From Ignavibacteriales bacterium (GTDB taxonomy: Bacteria > Bacteroidota > Ignavibacteria > Ignavibacteriales > Ignavibacteriaceae), in assembly GCA_016182615.1 (NCBI GenBank), contig JACPGF010000149.1, positions 1 through 59,632 of the forward strand: a DNA stretch of 59,632 nucleotides. Reading direction: 5' to 3'. The notes under the pieces were generated by a model, which saw only the letters and a list, made by a program, of their open reading frames with translations, was not told the origin of the DNA and made no database searches. Shown in pieces: positions 29,805-41,500 of this stretch (its first letter is position 1; each line of letters begins with the position of its first letter). A program made the translations under genes and the position numbers.

Positions 29805-30005
29805 ACTGCAAATAATAGTTATATAAACCGCAAATATACGGAAATAAGAATTATGAATTATGAATTAGGAATTATGAGTGATTAATCAGATGCATCTGAT
29901 TACTTTCATTTATCCACTGATTTGATGGCTATCACTTTATCTTTGATAATAGTATTGGATTTAGTGCTGACTAATGAGCTTAAGATTTGAATAGATTGCG
30001 GCTAT

Positions 30006-30088
30006 GCACCGAAGGTGCTAAATTTCAATAACCGCGGATGAAATCCGTGGAAGCAGTGTCCCTACACTTTACGTCCCCGAAAGGGACG
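30006..30088. repeat. Cluster of three REP-like short palindromes
   Basis: GCACC-GAA-GGTGC; CCGCGGAT-GAA-ATCCGTGG; CGTCCC-CGAAA-GGGACG. Confidence 0.55.
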
Positions 30089-30420
30089 AACCGATTGCTG
30101 ATTGTTAAGTAGCTACTAGTTATTAAATGATATACAGCAAAACGGGCGTTGCAATTGTATTGTTCGGGTTTTTAGTAAGAGCACAAAAATCAACATTTCA
30201 TAAGCCCGGATGGCTGAAATAGATGCAGCAAACAGAAATACAAAAAGATTGAACTCCGGAGTGAAATAGCTATTTCCAAAATCACAAGAATATACACGCG
30301 ATTCAAATAAATCTATCACAACATCCTCGACTCCCGCCCAATATTCAATGAACCAACCGAAACCACAATTCAGCAATTGATTTGTAAATGAATAAATTGT
30401 ATCTTGAAATTCAGTAAGCG

Positions 30421-30981
30421 ATGAAAGGACATGTTATGCCAGTTGAACCAATTATCCGGGAATTCAAAAAAACCGATATTGCAAATTTTCATGAAGCCGT
30501 TTCAGAGAGCATCAAAGAAGCCTATTACTGGCTACCTTGGTGCCACCCCGGATACAGCATCGATGAAGCCCGGAGCTGGATATTGATGCAGGAGTCACTC
30601 AGGCAAGGCGGGCACGAGTATAATTTTTTGATTGTTGACAGGAGAACCGATTTAATTCTCGGGGGCACAGGCATTAACACCATTCACAATTTTCATAAAT
30701 TTTGCTTTCTCGGTTATTGGGTGCGGAGTAGCCAGACAGGCAAGGGTATTGCAACTTCAGCAACCATGCAAACAGCCCGTTTCGCTTTCGAGGAGATTGG
30801 CCTGAACCGTATTGAAATACTTATGGCTGTTGACAATGCAGCCAGTAAAAGAGTAGCGGAAAAAACAAACGCAAAATACGAAGGCATTGCCCGCCAAAAA
30901 CTTTTCCTCCACAACACCTTTGTCGATGCCCACGTGTTCACCATGCTCCGTAACGATTACGTAACAGGACACGGAGAATAG
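30421..30981 (+). CDS. RimJ/RimL-family GNAT acetyltransferase
   Basis: WLPW, LGYWVRSSQTGKGIAT, LNRIEI, NAASKRVAEK; start may be 30436. Confidence 0.9.
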   Translation: MKGHVMPVEPIIREFKKTDIANFHEAVSESIKEAYYWLPWCHPGYSIDEARSWILMQESLRQGGHEYNFLIVDRRTDLILGGTGINTIHNFHKFCFLGYWVRSSQTGKGIATSATMQTARFAFEEIGLNRIEILMAVDNAASKRVAEKTNAKYEGIARQKLFLHNTFVDAHVFTMLRNDYVTGHGE

Positions 30982-31152
30982 TTATGAACTTTGAGTGATG
31001 AGTTATGAGTGTTTAGTTTAGCCCGGTTTTTACTTCTTTTTTAAAGATTTGCATTAATAAACCGGGCTATAAAGTAGTATATTTCAGCCTTCAAAATTCT
31101 CCATTCTCCATTCTACATTCTACATTATTCATTCTTCATTATTAATTATTCA

Positions 31153-31893
31153 TTACTCCCCAAGTCCCCATTTTCCCGGGTCGCACTCCGCTTCCAATTT
31201 ATTTTCCAATTTATCCGGTAGTTTGGGGAAGAAGTTAATCCCGGTTTTACTTTCGATTTCATTGATGCTGACGGCAAACTCAGCAAGCGGGCTGTCACTT
31301 GCCTCGTTTGGCAGAATAAAGCCTATGGCCTTTTTTTCCGGGCCGTAATAATCGAGCACAATTTTGTAATAGGCATTGGGGATGGCAATTTTGTTTATCT
31401 TACCGAGGGTTTTCATTTCACCCCTTAAGATGCCGCCGCTGACGATGTAGAGTTCATGTTCTTTTCTACACAGTTCGCGTACTTTCACTTCGAGTTGTTT
31501 CCATACACCCCGGTTAAACGATTTATACTGCGGGGACATATTGCTCATGTAAAAAGTTTCACTCATAGCCATAGCCGAAAAGCCCATATCCGCTGCCGGG
31601 CACAGGTGTCCGCGGTCGTAGTCGGTTCCCGCGTAATCCGTTGGTGCCGAGCTGCCTGTTTTTACCGCGGGATCGAACTTGAAATTATTTTTCCGTTCCG
31701 CTTCTCCGGCAAGCATGGTATCAACAAGTTTATAGGCAACCCATTCAGCCTGTTCAAATTTTTCGATATAGGAAAGCGTGTAATAGGTGTGTTTTACCAC
31801 ATCGGCATTTTTGCCCTTGGGAAGGTAATCGAAGGATTGGGCGAACAATGATGCGCCCAACAGCATAACGAAACAAAAGAAACGTGCGTTCAT
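31153..31893 (-). CDS. Secreted DNA/RNA non-specific endonuclease (NucA/EndoG family)
   Basis: Signal peptide; YDRGHLCP, TFYMSNMSPQ, FNRGVWKQLE. Confidence 0.93.
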   Translation of the reverse strand: MNARFFCFVMLLGASLFAQSFDYLPKGKNADVVKHTYYTLSYIEKFEQAEWVAYKLVDTMLAGEAERKNNFKFDPAVKTGSSAPTDYAGTDYDRGHLCPAADMGFSAMAMSETFYMSNMSPQYKSFNRGVWKQLEVKVRELCRKEHELYIVSGGILRGEMKTLGKINKIAIPNAYYKIVLDYYGPEKKAIGFILPNEASDSPLAEFAVSINEIESKTGINFFPKLPDKLENKLEAECDPGKWGLGE

Positions 31894-31991
31894 AAAGCCT
31901 CCACTTAAAATTATTACATTTTAATTATGTACAGTGCAATTTAATTATTTGCCTGATAATAGGAAATTAGAATTTGGCGGGAATTATTTAA

Positions 31992-32159
31992 GGCGTCATC
32001 CCTATTTTTTTAGTTCAAATTGGTCGTTTTTTCACCCACTTTTTTTGCTCGCCCCAACATTTTATCCAAAATTAAATCAATAACTTTGCTTACATGGAAT
32101 TACCCCTCTCATTCTACCATGCGGTTTCTCAACATCTTCATGATATCTCGGTAATAGCC
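31992..32159 (-). mobile_element. Possible remnant end of a second IS (IS1595-like terminus)
   Basis: GGCGTCATCCCTA terminus with a decayed minus-strand frame abutting the left IR of the next IS. Confidence 0.3.
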
Positions 32160-33770
32160 CCTAACCCGGCTGCTTTGCACGTAATATAATTACAAATAAT
32201 TTGAAATCGCCGTACCAGTATTTAGAATACTGGTTTTTTTGTTTTATATCGGTATTACTTGTATATGGAATACTCTCGAGAAAGCTAATCACGAAAAAGA
32301 AAAATAGTTTCTCCACGACCTGACTTTGCGATCGCCCATCGTCTCCCCGGCACTGAACTTCGTTGTATCCGAGGTAAGTACTACCTCTATGCTGTCTCTT
32401 CAAAATACGACCCGGTTCGAAAACGAGCCAGAAAAATCATGGGTAAATTACCGGGGACTATAACCGAGGAGAATGGATTTGTTAAAGCTGAGAAACGTAT
32501 CCTCTTGGAGAAAGCCTTTGCGCAAGTTGTTTTGACAAAGATTTGTGTGCGGGAATATGGTTTTACTTCCTTCCTTTCTCAATACAATACCTTGGTCACA
32601 CAAAGATTACACCAGTATTTCCCGGCTGCATTTCAATCAATAATTTACATGGCTTTCGCCATATTTGTTCATAACAGTTCAATCAGAAATATGCCTTTCC
32701 ATACTGCAAAAAGCATGTTGAGCGTTAACGACAAGACCACATACACGGAAAAATATTTTAGTCTGTTATTGCTAGATATCGAAGGCTGGAGAGAGCAAGC
32801 CACTACTTATATGCAAAGCTTTATCAAGCCGAATGATTTCGTCTTAGTCGATATGACAAACATTTTTAGTTCCTCTGAAAACATACGATATGCCAAAGAA
32901 GGATATAATAGCGATATGGTGTTTGAACGACAATTCAACCTCATGTATATTTATTCTCCCCTGCTAGTCCAGCCTGTATTCTACAGGCTCTATTCAGGTA
33001 ACATCAGAGAAGTGAAAGGGTTTAAGCTGTGTTTACAGGAAAGCGGCATTGCTGAGGCGGTAATTATCGCCGACAAAGGTTTTTACTCGAAAGCAAATAT
33101 CGAGAACATGAAGGCAGAAGGATTACATTTTATCAGTCCCATGAAGAGAAATAATAAACTCATCCAGTATGAAAAGCTCCAAAGAAAGGATCTCTCTTAT
33201 TTTAAGTTCGAGAACCGCTACATTTGGTATATCATCCACCCTGATGATGGCGGCAGAAGGGTTTTCCTATTCAAGGAAGAACAACTTATGGTGCAGGAGG
33301 AGAAGGATTATTTGGATAGAATTACCACTCTCCCGGAATACTATCAAATAAAAACTTTCCACGAAAAGAATGAACGATTTGGCACCATTGCTCTTTTATC
33401 TAATCTCGAGACTGAAGATGCCAAACACATCTACACTACCTATAAAAGTACAAGCAACGTAGAAATCATGGTTGATGGGATTAAGAATATTCTTCATGCC
33501 TACAGAACTTATATGCAAAACGAGGATGCATTGCAAGGTTGGATGTTCATTAATCATATTGCCCTACATGGTATTATATCATTTATAACCAGCTGAAGAA
33601 CGGTAAACAACTGAAACGCTTTTCCGTTAAAGATTTTACCAGTCATCTCAACGAAATTAAAAAAAAATGAAAATTAGTGAAAATTGAGTCATTGAGCCAA
33701 TCACAAAGGCGTCTGCTCTCATGCTAGATAAATTGAATATTTATATTACGTAACAAGTAACCGGGTTAGG
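32160..33770 (+). mobile_element. IS1634-like insertion sequence, inactivated
   Basis: 30-bp terminal IRs CCTAACCCGG-n10-CGTAATATAA at 32160-89 and 33741-70 (25/30 identical) enclosing a DDE transposase. Confidence 0.8.
32265..33753 (+). pseudogene. DDE transposase pseudogene
   Basis: GTELRCIRGKYYLY..YDPVRKRARKI continues in frame into ORF 32439; LVDMT and IADKGFYS motifs; in-frame TAA near the start; frameshift near 33568 (continues WYYIIYNQLK...) and later lesions. Confidence 0.75.
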
Positions 33771-33822
33771 AATTGAATGGTTTGTTGTTTGTCCAACATG
33801 CATATACTTCTGTAAAGCTATA

Positions 33823-33865
33823 CGAAGCTGCGCTTCGAGCTACGTAGCGCGAAGCGGAGCTTCGC
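33823..33865. repeat. Back-to-back GTAG-type REP pair
   Basis: Minus-strand GTAGCTCGAAGCGCAGCTTCG abutting plus-strand GTAGCGCGAAGCGGAGCTTCGC. Confidence 0.7.
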
Positions 33866-34142
33866 AGAGCCCCGGGCGTAACCGGAATACCGGGGAAACT
33901 ATTGAATTGCCTACCGTTTTTCTGGTATGAAATTACTCCATAAAGGAGGATGAAACTTTGTGTTTTTAAATATTCCGTATTGTTTGCGCCCTGAGACAAG
34001 TGTCAGGCCCGGTTTTCCTTCCCTTATATATTTCATACCCTTGTGTGTTTTTTTACTTTGTAATCCTATAGTATTAGCCGTATTTTTATACGTTCAATTG
34101 TTTAGAATATTCCTTTCACTTAATAATTTTAGGAGAAACACC

Positions 34143-35192
34143 ATGATTAATAAAATTCGTGAATATCTCGGCGCAGAAGCTGATTCTTTGTTAAATCATA
34201 CTGCGAAATTCCCGAAAGAACAATTACACCTCCCCGGAGCGGATTTTGTTGACAGAGTTTTTATGCCAACCGACCGTAACATTAATGTTCTAAAGAACCT
34301 GCAATGGCTGTATATGACAGGCCGCCTCTCCGGCAGTGGTTATCTTTCAATCCTCCCAGTTGATCAAGGAATTGAGCACTCGGCAGGCGCTTCTTTTGCA
34401 CCGAACCCGGTTTATTTTGATCCGGAAAATATCGTAAAATTAGCAGTTGAAGGCGGATGTAATGCTGTTGCCTCAACTTTAGGCGTTCTTGGCATGGTTG
34501 CAAGAAAATATGCACACAAGATCCCGATGGTATTAAAAATAAACCACAACGAATTGTTAACATACCCGAACAAATTTGATCAGATCATGTTTGCCTCGGT
34601 TGATCAGGCGTATGATATGGGATGTGCAGCTGTCGGTGCTACCATCTATTTCGGTTCGGAAGAAAGTTCACGGCAGATTATCGAAGTGAGCGAGGCCTTC
34701 AGCTATGCTCACGATTTAGGCCTTGCTACTATTCTCTGGTGCTATACCCGTAACAACGCTTTCAAATCCGATAAGGATTATCATGTTTCTGCCGACTTAA
34801 CCGGACAGGCGAACCATCTTGGCGTTACCATTCAGGCAGACATTATCAAGCAGAAAATGCCGGAAAATAACGGCGGATATAATTCGATTAAAGGTTTCGG
34901 CAAAACCCACAAAAAAGTTTACACCGATCTTTCAACCGATCACCCGATTGACCTTACCCGTTATCAGGTAATTAACAATTACATGGGTCGTGCGGGACTT
35001 ATTAACAGCGGCGGCGCATCAGGCGAAAATGATTTTGCCGATGCAGCGAAAACAGCAGTTATTAACAAACGTGCCGGCGGAATGGGCCTTATTTCAGGCC
35101 GCAAAGCATTCCAACGCCCGATGAGCGAAGGTGTTGCCTTGTTAAACCTTATTCAGGATGTTTATCTCTGTAAAGATGTAACCATCGCGTAA
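34143..35192 (+). CDS. fbaB: Class I fructose-bisphosphate aldolase
   Basis: [46 protein letters not shown] supports ATG at 34143. Confidence 0.96.
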   Translation: MINKIREYLGAEADSLLNHTAKFPKEQLHLPGADFVDRVFMPTDRNINVLKNLQWLYMTGRLSGSGYLSILPVDQGIEHSAGASFAPNPVYFDPENIVKLAVEGGCNAVASTLGVLGMVARKYAHKIPMVLKINHNELLTYPNKFDQIMFASVDQAYDMGCAAVGATIYFGSEESSRQIIEVSEAFSYAHDLGLATILWCYTRNNAFKSDKDYHVSADLTGQANHLGVTIQADIIKQKMPENNGGYNSIKGFGKTHKKVYTDLSTDHPIDLTRYQVINNYMGRAGLINSGGASGENDFADAAKTAVINKRAGGMGLISGRKAFQRPMSEGVALLNLIQDVYLCKDVTIA

Positions 35193-35221
35193 TGTTTTAC
35201 CGGTAACAAAAAATGATTTAT

Positions 35222-35258
35222 AAAAGGCTGCCTGAATGCATCGGGCAGCTTTTTTTTT
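35222..35258 (+). terminator. Rho-independent terminator after fbaB
   Basis: GGCTGCCTGA/TCGGGCAGCT plus T-run. Confidence 0.85.
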
Positions 35259-35360
35259 GGTCAACTTTTTAATGTTTTTTGGGGTACTGCATATAGTTTT
35301 GCAAATTTCCAGGTAACAATGCCTGCAAAACCTTTGCAAACATTAACGGAAGGAAAAAGG

Positions 35361-35768
35361 ATGATACAGCAAATAAAAATGGTAGAAATAATTTTGTATG
35401 TAAGTGATCAAGAAGCAAGCAGCAGATTCTACACGAAATTATTCCGGCAGGAGCCTGATTTGCATGTTCCCGGCATGACAGAGTTTATCGTCTCAGGCAA
35501 CGGTAAAATTGGGCTTATGCCAAATAACGGAATTGCAAAAATTTTAGAAGGCAAAGTTCCACACCCGGGAAGCGGCAGCGGGATACCACGCTGCGAATTG
35601 TACCTGCATGTTGATAATATTGGATTCGAGTACGAAAACGCTTTAAACTGCGGTGCCCTGCTGATAAGCCCGGTTGCCTTGAGAGACTGGGGCGACAAAG
35701 CCTGCTATTTTGCAGACCCTGACGGGCATATTATTGCTTTTGCAGAAAAGCCTGAGTTACAGGAATAG
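35361..35768 (+). CDS. VOC/glyoxalase family protein
   Basis: ILYVSDQEASSRFY; RDWGDKACYFADPDGHIIAF. Confidence 0.88.
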   Translation: MIQQIKMVEIILYVSDQEASSRFYTKLFRQEPDLHVPGMTEFIVSGNGKIGLMPNNGIAKILEGKVPHPGSGSGIPRCELYLHVDNIGFEYENALNCGALLISPVALRDWGDKACYFADPDGHIIAFAEKPELQE

Positions 35769-36172
35769 TCTTTTTGTTTGCCGGTGCATATCTGTTTTGA
35801 TTCTGAGAACAGTGCTCGCCGATCGGGTACAGGAATATTTTCCCTTAGTATTGCTGCAAACAGCCAGCCCTAACAAGGCGAAAGAAAACCCTCTTTCTTC
35901 TCAGACTCCTCGTGTCTTGACAATTTATTTTTTAATAAAATGCACTCGTGTTTACAGTTGGAGTTTTGCCCCATTTTTCATTTTTCATTCTTAATTATTC
36001 ATTGCCGCGGCACTTGCCGTCAATCTCACCCGGCTTATGTTTTGCCGCCTCATTTGGGTTAAACCCCCAAAACATCATTACGTTTACCCAATAATTTAAC
36101 ACTACGTACTTTTTTATGACTCCATAAAACAATATTTTTCATTTTCATTGAAATTAATTGCGGTATTTAAAG

Positions 36173-36706
36173 ATGAATGCAAAGACTGAAAAATTACGGT
36201 TCCCTATCGGGCAATATCAAAAGCCGGACAATCTGGACAAGGAGCAGTTAACCATGTACATTCAGTTGCTTAAGGATTTCCCGAAGCAATTGCGTGAAGA
36301 AGTTATGGTAATGAATGCTGCCCAGCTTGCCAAACCATACCGCAAACATGGATGGACAGCGCTGCAGGTTGTTCACCATCTTGCAGACAGCCACATGAAC
36401 GCGTATATCCGCTGCAAACTAGCCCTAACCGAGGATACACCGGTTATAAAACCCTATGATGAAACCCGCTGGGCTAACCTTGAAGATGGCCGCTGTGCAC
36501 CTGTGGAACTATCTGTTGCACTTGTTGAAGGAATTCATGAACGCTGGTGCATCCTGTTACAATCATTATCCGAGGCTGATTTTACAAAAAGTTTTTACCA
36601 TCCTGAGCACAAAAGGGAGATAAGTATTGCCGAAATGCTTGCCATGTACACTTGGCACTCGGCTCATCATCTTTCGCACATAGAAATTTCCGCGAAGGCA
36701 AAATGA
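36173..36706 (+). CDS. YfiT/BstA-like DinB-family thiol transferase
   Basis: LRFPIG, WTALQVVHHLADSH, KPYDE, WHSAHHLSHI. Confidence 0.88.
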   Translation: MNAKTEKLRFPIGQYQKPDNLDKEQLTMYIQLLKDFPKQLREEVMVMNAAQLAKPYRKHGWTALQVVHHLADSHMNAYIRCKLALTEDTPVIKPYDETRWANLEDGRCAPVELSVALVEGIHERWCILLQSLSEADFTKSFYHPEHKREISIAEMLAMYTWHSAHHLSHIEISAKAK

Positions 36707-37932
36707 TTAAGCTTATAAAAAAAATAAGCCTTACACACTGGATAATGATTTCCATGGTGGTGGGGGCATACATCGGCTGGGCATTTCCTGAGTTTTCACA
36801 AAACCTGAAAGTTCTTTCGAACATTTTCCTCCGGCTCATCAAGTCGCTCATCGTGCCCCTGCTTTTCGGTACCCTTGTTGTTGGTATTGCCGGGCACAGT
36901 GACGATATAAAAAAAGTCGGCAGGCTGGCTCTTAAGTCACTCATCTACTTCGAAATTGTAACAACGCTTGCATTGTTTATCGGGCTTGCCGCGGTTAATC
37001 TTGTGCAGCCGGGTACCGGTGTATCGTTAAAAGTTTCGCAGGTTTCGGATGCGGCTGCAGTGGCCTCGCAACAGAAGATGACATGGCAGGGTATCATCGA
37101 GCATATTGTACCGAAAAGTTTTATCGAAGCCGCTGCTGCCAATGATGTCTTGCAGGTGGTCTTTTTTTCAATTTTGTTTGCAGTTGCAATTACACAAGCA
37201 CCGCAGAAGCACCGCGATACCATGGTCGGGTTTTGCGAGAGCCTCTCGGAAATTATGTTTAAGTTTACCGGCATTGTTATGAAGTTTGCCCCTATTGGTA
37301 TCGGGGCTGCAATTGCATACACTGTTGGGCACAGCGGGGCTGGAGTGTTAATTAATCTCGGTAAACTTGTTCTTACTCTCTACGGTGCATTGGCAGTATT
37401 TATTCTGCTGGTGCTCCTGCCGGTAATGCTCATTTTCAAAATACCTATCCGGGCATTTCTGAAAGCGGTAAAAGAGCCCGCGCTGATTGCTTTTTCAACC
37501 ACATCATCCGATGCAGCCCTGCCCGATGCCCTGAAGCAGATGATAAATTTTGGTGTGCCGAAAAGGATTGTTTCATTTGTGCTGCCAACCGGTTACTCGT
37601 TTAATTTAGATGGTACTACTCTGTATCTTGCCATTGCCAGTGTATTTGTAGCACAGGCGGCAGGCATACCATTAACGTTAGAACAACAACTTATTATGAT
37701 GCTGACCCTTATGCTTACCAGCAAAGGGGTTGCTGCAGTCCCCCGGGCTTCTCTCGTAATTTTGTCGGGAACACTGGTGACCTTTGGTTTACCCTTGGAG
37801 GGTGTAGCGGTTATACTTGGTGTTGACGAACTAATGGATATGGCCCGAACCACGGTAAATCTGGTGGGTAATTGCCTCGCCTCTGCTGTTATGGCCCGCT
37901 GGGAAGGAGAGTTGGTTGTTAAGGAACTATGA
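36703..37932 (+). CDS. Dicarboxylate/amino acid:cation symporter (GltP-like)
   Basis: AFSTTSSDAALP, PTGYSFNLDGT, LTSKGVAAVP, DMARTTVN; ATGA overlap with the upstream gene. Confidence 0.93.
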   Translation: MIKLIKKISLTHWIMISMVVGAYIGWAFPEFSQNLKVLSNIFLRLIKSLIVPLLFGTLVVGIAGHSDDIKKVGRLALKSLIYFEIVTTLALFIGLAAVNLVQPGTGVSLKVSQVSDAAAVASQQKMTWQGIIEHIVPKSFIEAAAANDVLQVVFFSILFAVAITQAPQKHRDTMVGFCESLSEIMFKFTGIVMKFAPIGIGAAIAYTVGHSGAGVLINLGKLVLTLYGALAVFILLVLLPVMLIFKIPIRAFLKAVKEPALIAFSTTSSDAALPDALKQMINFGVPKRIVSFVLPTGYSFNLDGTTLYLAIASVFVAQAAGIPLTLEQQLIMMLTLMLTSKGVAAVPRASLVILSGTLVTFGLPLEGVAVILGVDELMDMARTTVNLVGNCLASAVMARWEGELVVKEL

Positions 37933-38557
37933 GTGATGAACGATGAGTGATGAGTTGTAAAAGAATAGCATGCATGTGGATTTGACCGGCGTAGGGGGAA
38001 AATTTTTCCGGCGGCATATTTTGGTTGATATGAAAATTTGGCGGCAATTCTGTAATTAGGCGAATCAGGCAGCAGAATCATGCTCAATAACAGGTCCTTA
38101 CAGTGAACTGAATTTTTTAATAAAAATTGACTGCTTTCACCATGCATTTAGTGGCTTGGCATCCATTCCTTTGGAAAAAGCCTGTGGAAAGTGGAATGGA
38201 ACAACCCCAGAGTGAACTCCGGGGTTAGGAGATAATTTGTTTTAACCTCCCGTAGAGCGGTAAGTCTTCAGCTCCAGACGCCTGTTTTACCCGCTTGGAT
38301 AGATTTTAGGCCAATGAAAAAATCCAGAGTAAATAAATATTTTTTGGTTTTTATATTTCAGGACTTTTTTGTCCTTTTTGAAGAAACCAACACTCCATTA
38401 AACATGCTTCAAAAAACTCCGCCTCAATTTCAGGTATAGCGTTAATTGCAGCGCCGGAAATCCCCCGGAACCTGATGAGATTTTAATTGCATTTTGCCTA
38501 AATAATTTTTAACATAAAGTTCAAATCCATAATTATTTAATTTAAGGAGCCGATACA

Positions 38558-41500
38558 GTGAAGAAACTCTTCTTACTTCTTCTCTTATTGACTACATTTG
38601 TATTCTCACAAGTGGAAGTCAGTACCCGTCTTACGCGCGCGATCCAAAACAGCAAGTCAAATGAATATGTGCGTGGTCTTATCCTACTGAAAGATCAAGT
38701 TGATATTGAGGCTTTGGATGCGCGTTTGTATAAAGAACACGTCACGCTGGAGCAGCGTGCATATACGGTAATTACTGCTTTGCAGGAAGTAGCTGCACGC
38801 AGCCAAGGTAATTTAACTTCATATCTGGAACAACAAAAAGCTTCGAGAAAAGTATTCTCGTATCAAAAGTTCTGGGTTGCCAATATGATTCAAATTGAAG
38901 CACAACCTGAGGTATTTCAGGCGCTTATGGGAAGTATGGAACTCTCCCAGATGGATTTGGATGCAGAATTACAATTTGACCGTCCGGTAATAACCAGCTT
39001 TAATACCGAAGGAACGGAATCGGTTGAGCCTGGTGTAAAAATAATTAATGCAGATAAACTGTGGAGATTAGGCATCACGGGCCAGGGACGAATCGTTATG
39101 AATATTGATACGGGTGTTGAAAAGAACCATCCGGCAATCAATTATAAATGGCGCGGAACCCACGTTCCTGCAAACCAGGCTTGGTTTGACCCGGCAGGAT
39201 CGACCACCCCGACCGATTGTGACGGCCACGGAACACATACCATGGGCACCATGTGTGGTTTTTCGCCAACAACCGGTGACACTGTTGGTGTTGCTATTAA
39301 CGCTGAGTGGATTGCTGCAAAAACCATTTGCACAAGCCCGCACACCTCAAATTCAGTTGCTGCTTTCCAATGGGCAATGAATCCGGATGGTGACCCGAAC
39401 ACTATAACCGATATGCCTGATGCAATTAGCAGCAGCTGGTATGATCCTGATGTTTCTGACGAATGTAACGGTATTTACAAAACCACATTGAATGCAGTTG
39501 AAGCAGCCGGTATTGCCGCGGTATTTTCTGCAGGCAACAGCGGGCCATCGGCATCAACCATTACGAAACCGAAAAACATCAATACAGACGAAACCAATGT
39601 TTTTGCAGTTGCTGCTATCAGCGGTGCTACATATCTTGGTGGAAGCAATGATCCTATCGCGAGTTTTTCAAGCCGCGGCCCTTCAGTATGCGGCGGCACA
39701 GGTGCATTATTAATTAAACCCGAAGTTGCAGCTCCCGGCGTTTCAGTCCGTTCTGCTTATCCTCCTACCGGTTATACCAGTATGGACGGAACTTCGATGG
39801 CTTCACCTCACGTTGCAGGTGCTATTGCATTACTCAGGTCTTTTGCACCGACATTAACCGGCAAACAGATTAAGCTTGCTTTGTACAACACGGCAAAGGA
39901 TCTTGGCGCGGTTGGCGAAGATAATAATTATGGACGTGGCCTTATTGACGTGTATGCAGCATACATGACAATGGGTACACCTGATACCATTCCCCCAACC
40001 CCGACAACCGATTTGTCAGTTACAGAACCTACTTCAAACGGTTTAAAAATTACTTGGACCGCTCCGGCTGATACATCTCCAAGCGGCGTTGTTGGTTATA
40101 AAATCAGATACTCTTTAACCCCGATAACCGACACGACATCATATAACAATGCTATGCCGGTACCTTTTAACACGATGCCTAAACCGGCAGGGCAAACAGA
40201 GGCTGTCCGCGTGGATAGTCTGGTTCCTGCAACCACGTATTATTTTGCTCTTCGGTCAAGAGATGTTTGGGGCAACTGGTCAGTACTTTCAAATGTTGCT
40301 TCAGGCGCTACTTTAGCAGCTCCGGTAGCACTTACCACTCCTGACAGTGTTAAAAAAGTACTTGTCCCTCAGCAAATGGTTGTTGACAGTGTTATGATTA
40401 AGAACAATGCCGGTGTACCATCTACTTTAGGTTACTTGGTTACCATGACAAACAACACCTTCCCTCAGGGAATGCTTGAAATGGCTTTGGCTCCTATCAC
40501 CCGTCAGGGAACCGAAAACCTTGCAAACGTAAAATCGACCGGTAACGAAACTTTCTTCGGTCAGTCAATCGAAGGACAGGGCGGACCCGATTCTGCAGGA
40601 TATAAATGGATAGACAGTGACGAACCAAACGGCCCTCAGTATGTGTGGAATGATATTTCCACTACAGGCACTGCAGTAACCGCGTGGACCGCAACCGGAA
40701 CCTTTGATCCGAAAGACGAAGGATATGCCGGACCATTTACCTTTGGTTTCCCGTTCAAGTTTTACCGTCAGGCTAAAACACAAGTATATGTTTCGTCAAA
40801 CGGTGCATTACTATTTAATGTGCCTACCGCGAACATTTTCACCAATGCGGCAATTCCTACTGTTGCTGCTCCGAATGAATACATCGCAGCTTTCTGGGAT
40901 GATCTTGACGGACGTACACAGGGAACAGTACACTACAAAGCGGAAGGTGATAAATTTATCGTTCAGTTTACCAACTGGCAGAAATATTCAGCTACCGGCT
41001 CTTTAACATTCCAGTATGTATTGTATCCAAGCGGTAAAATCATGTTCTATTATAATAACATGAACGCAACATTAAATAGCGCTACTGTTGGTATCGAAAA
41101 TGCAACCGGTACAACCGGTTTACAAATTGCGTATAATGCAACCTATGTTAAAAACAATTTAGCAGTTAAAATTTCTGCTGAACCTGACTGGTTGAATGCA
41201 CAAAACCTGGCAGGTATGCTCTATCAGGGTAACAGTGCTGCTATCCGTTTAGTTTTCCGTTCAGAAGATTATCCTGCCGGTAACTACGGCATGGATTTGA
41301 ACATCCGCACAAACGATCCGGCACACCAATTAATTACCATACCGGTTCGCATGGTTCTCAATCATCCGGCCGTGCCTATTACTGTTACTGCTCCAAATGG
41401 CGGTGAAAACTGGCAGGCTGGTTTAACCAAGAACATCACTTGGAATGCTAACGAAGTTGTTAATGTTAATATTAAATATACAACCGATAATGGCTCCTCG

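Noticed and set aside
30116..30376. 86-aa minus-strand ORF
   Set aside because: TTG start, no RBS, no recognisable motif
33960..34142. N-terminal extensions in the ORF track (fbaB; also 16394, 36652, 43704, 55121)
   Set aside because: RBS position, gene overlaps and family N-termini favour downstream starts
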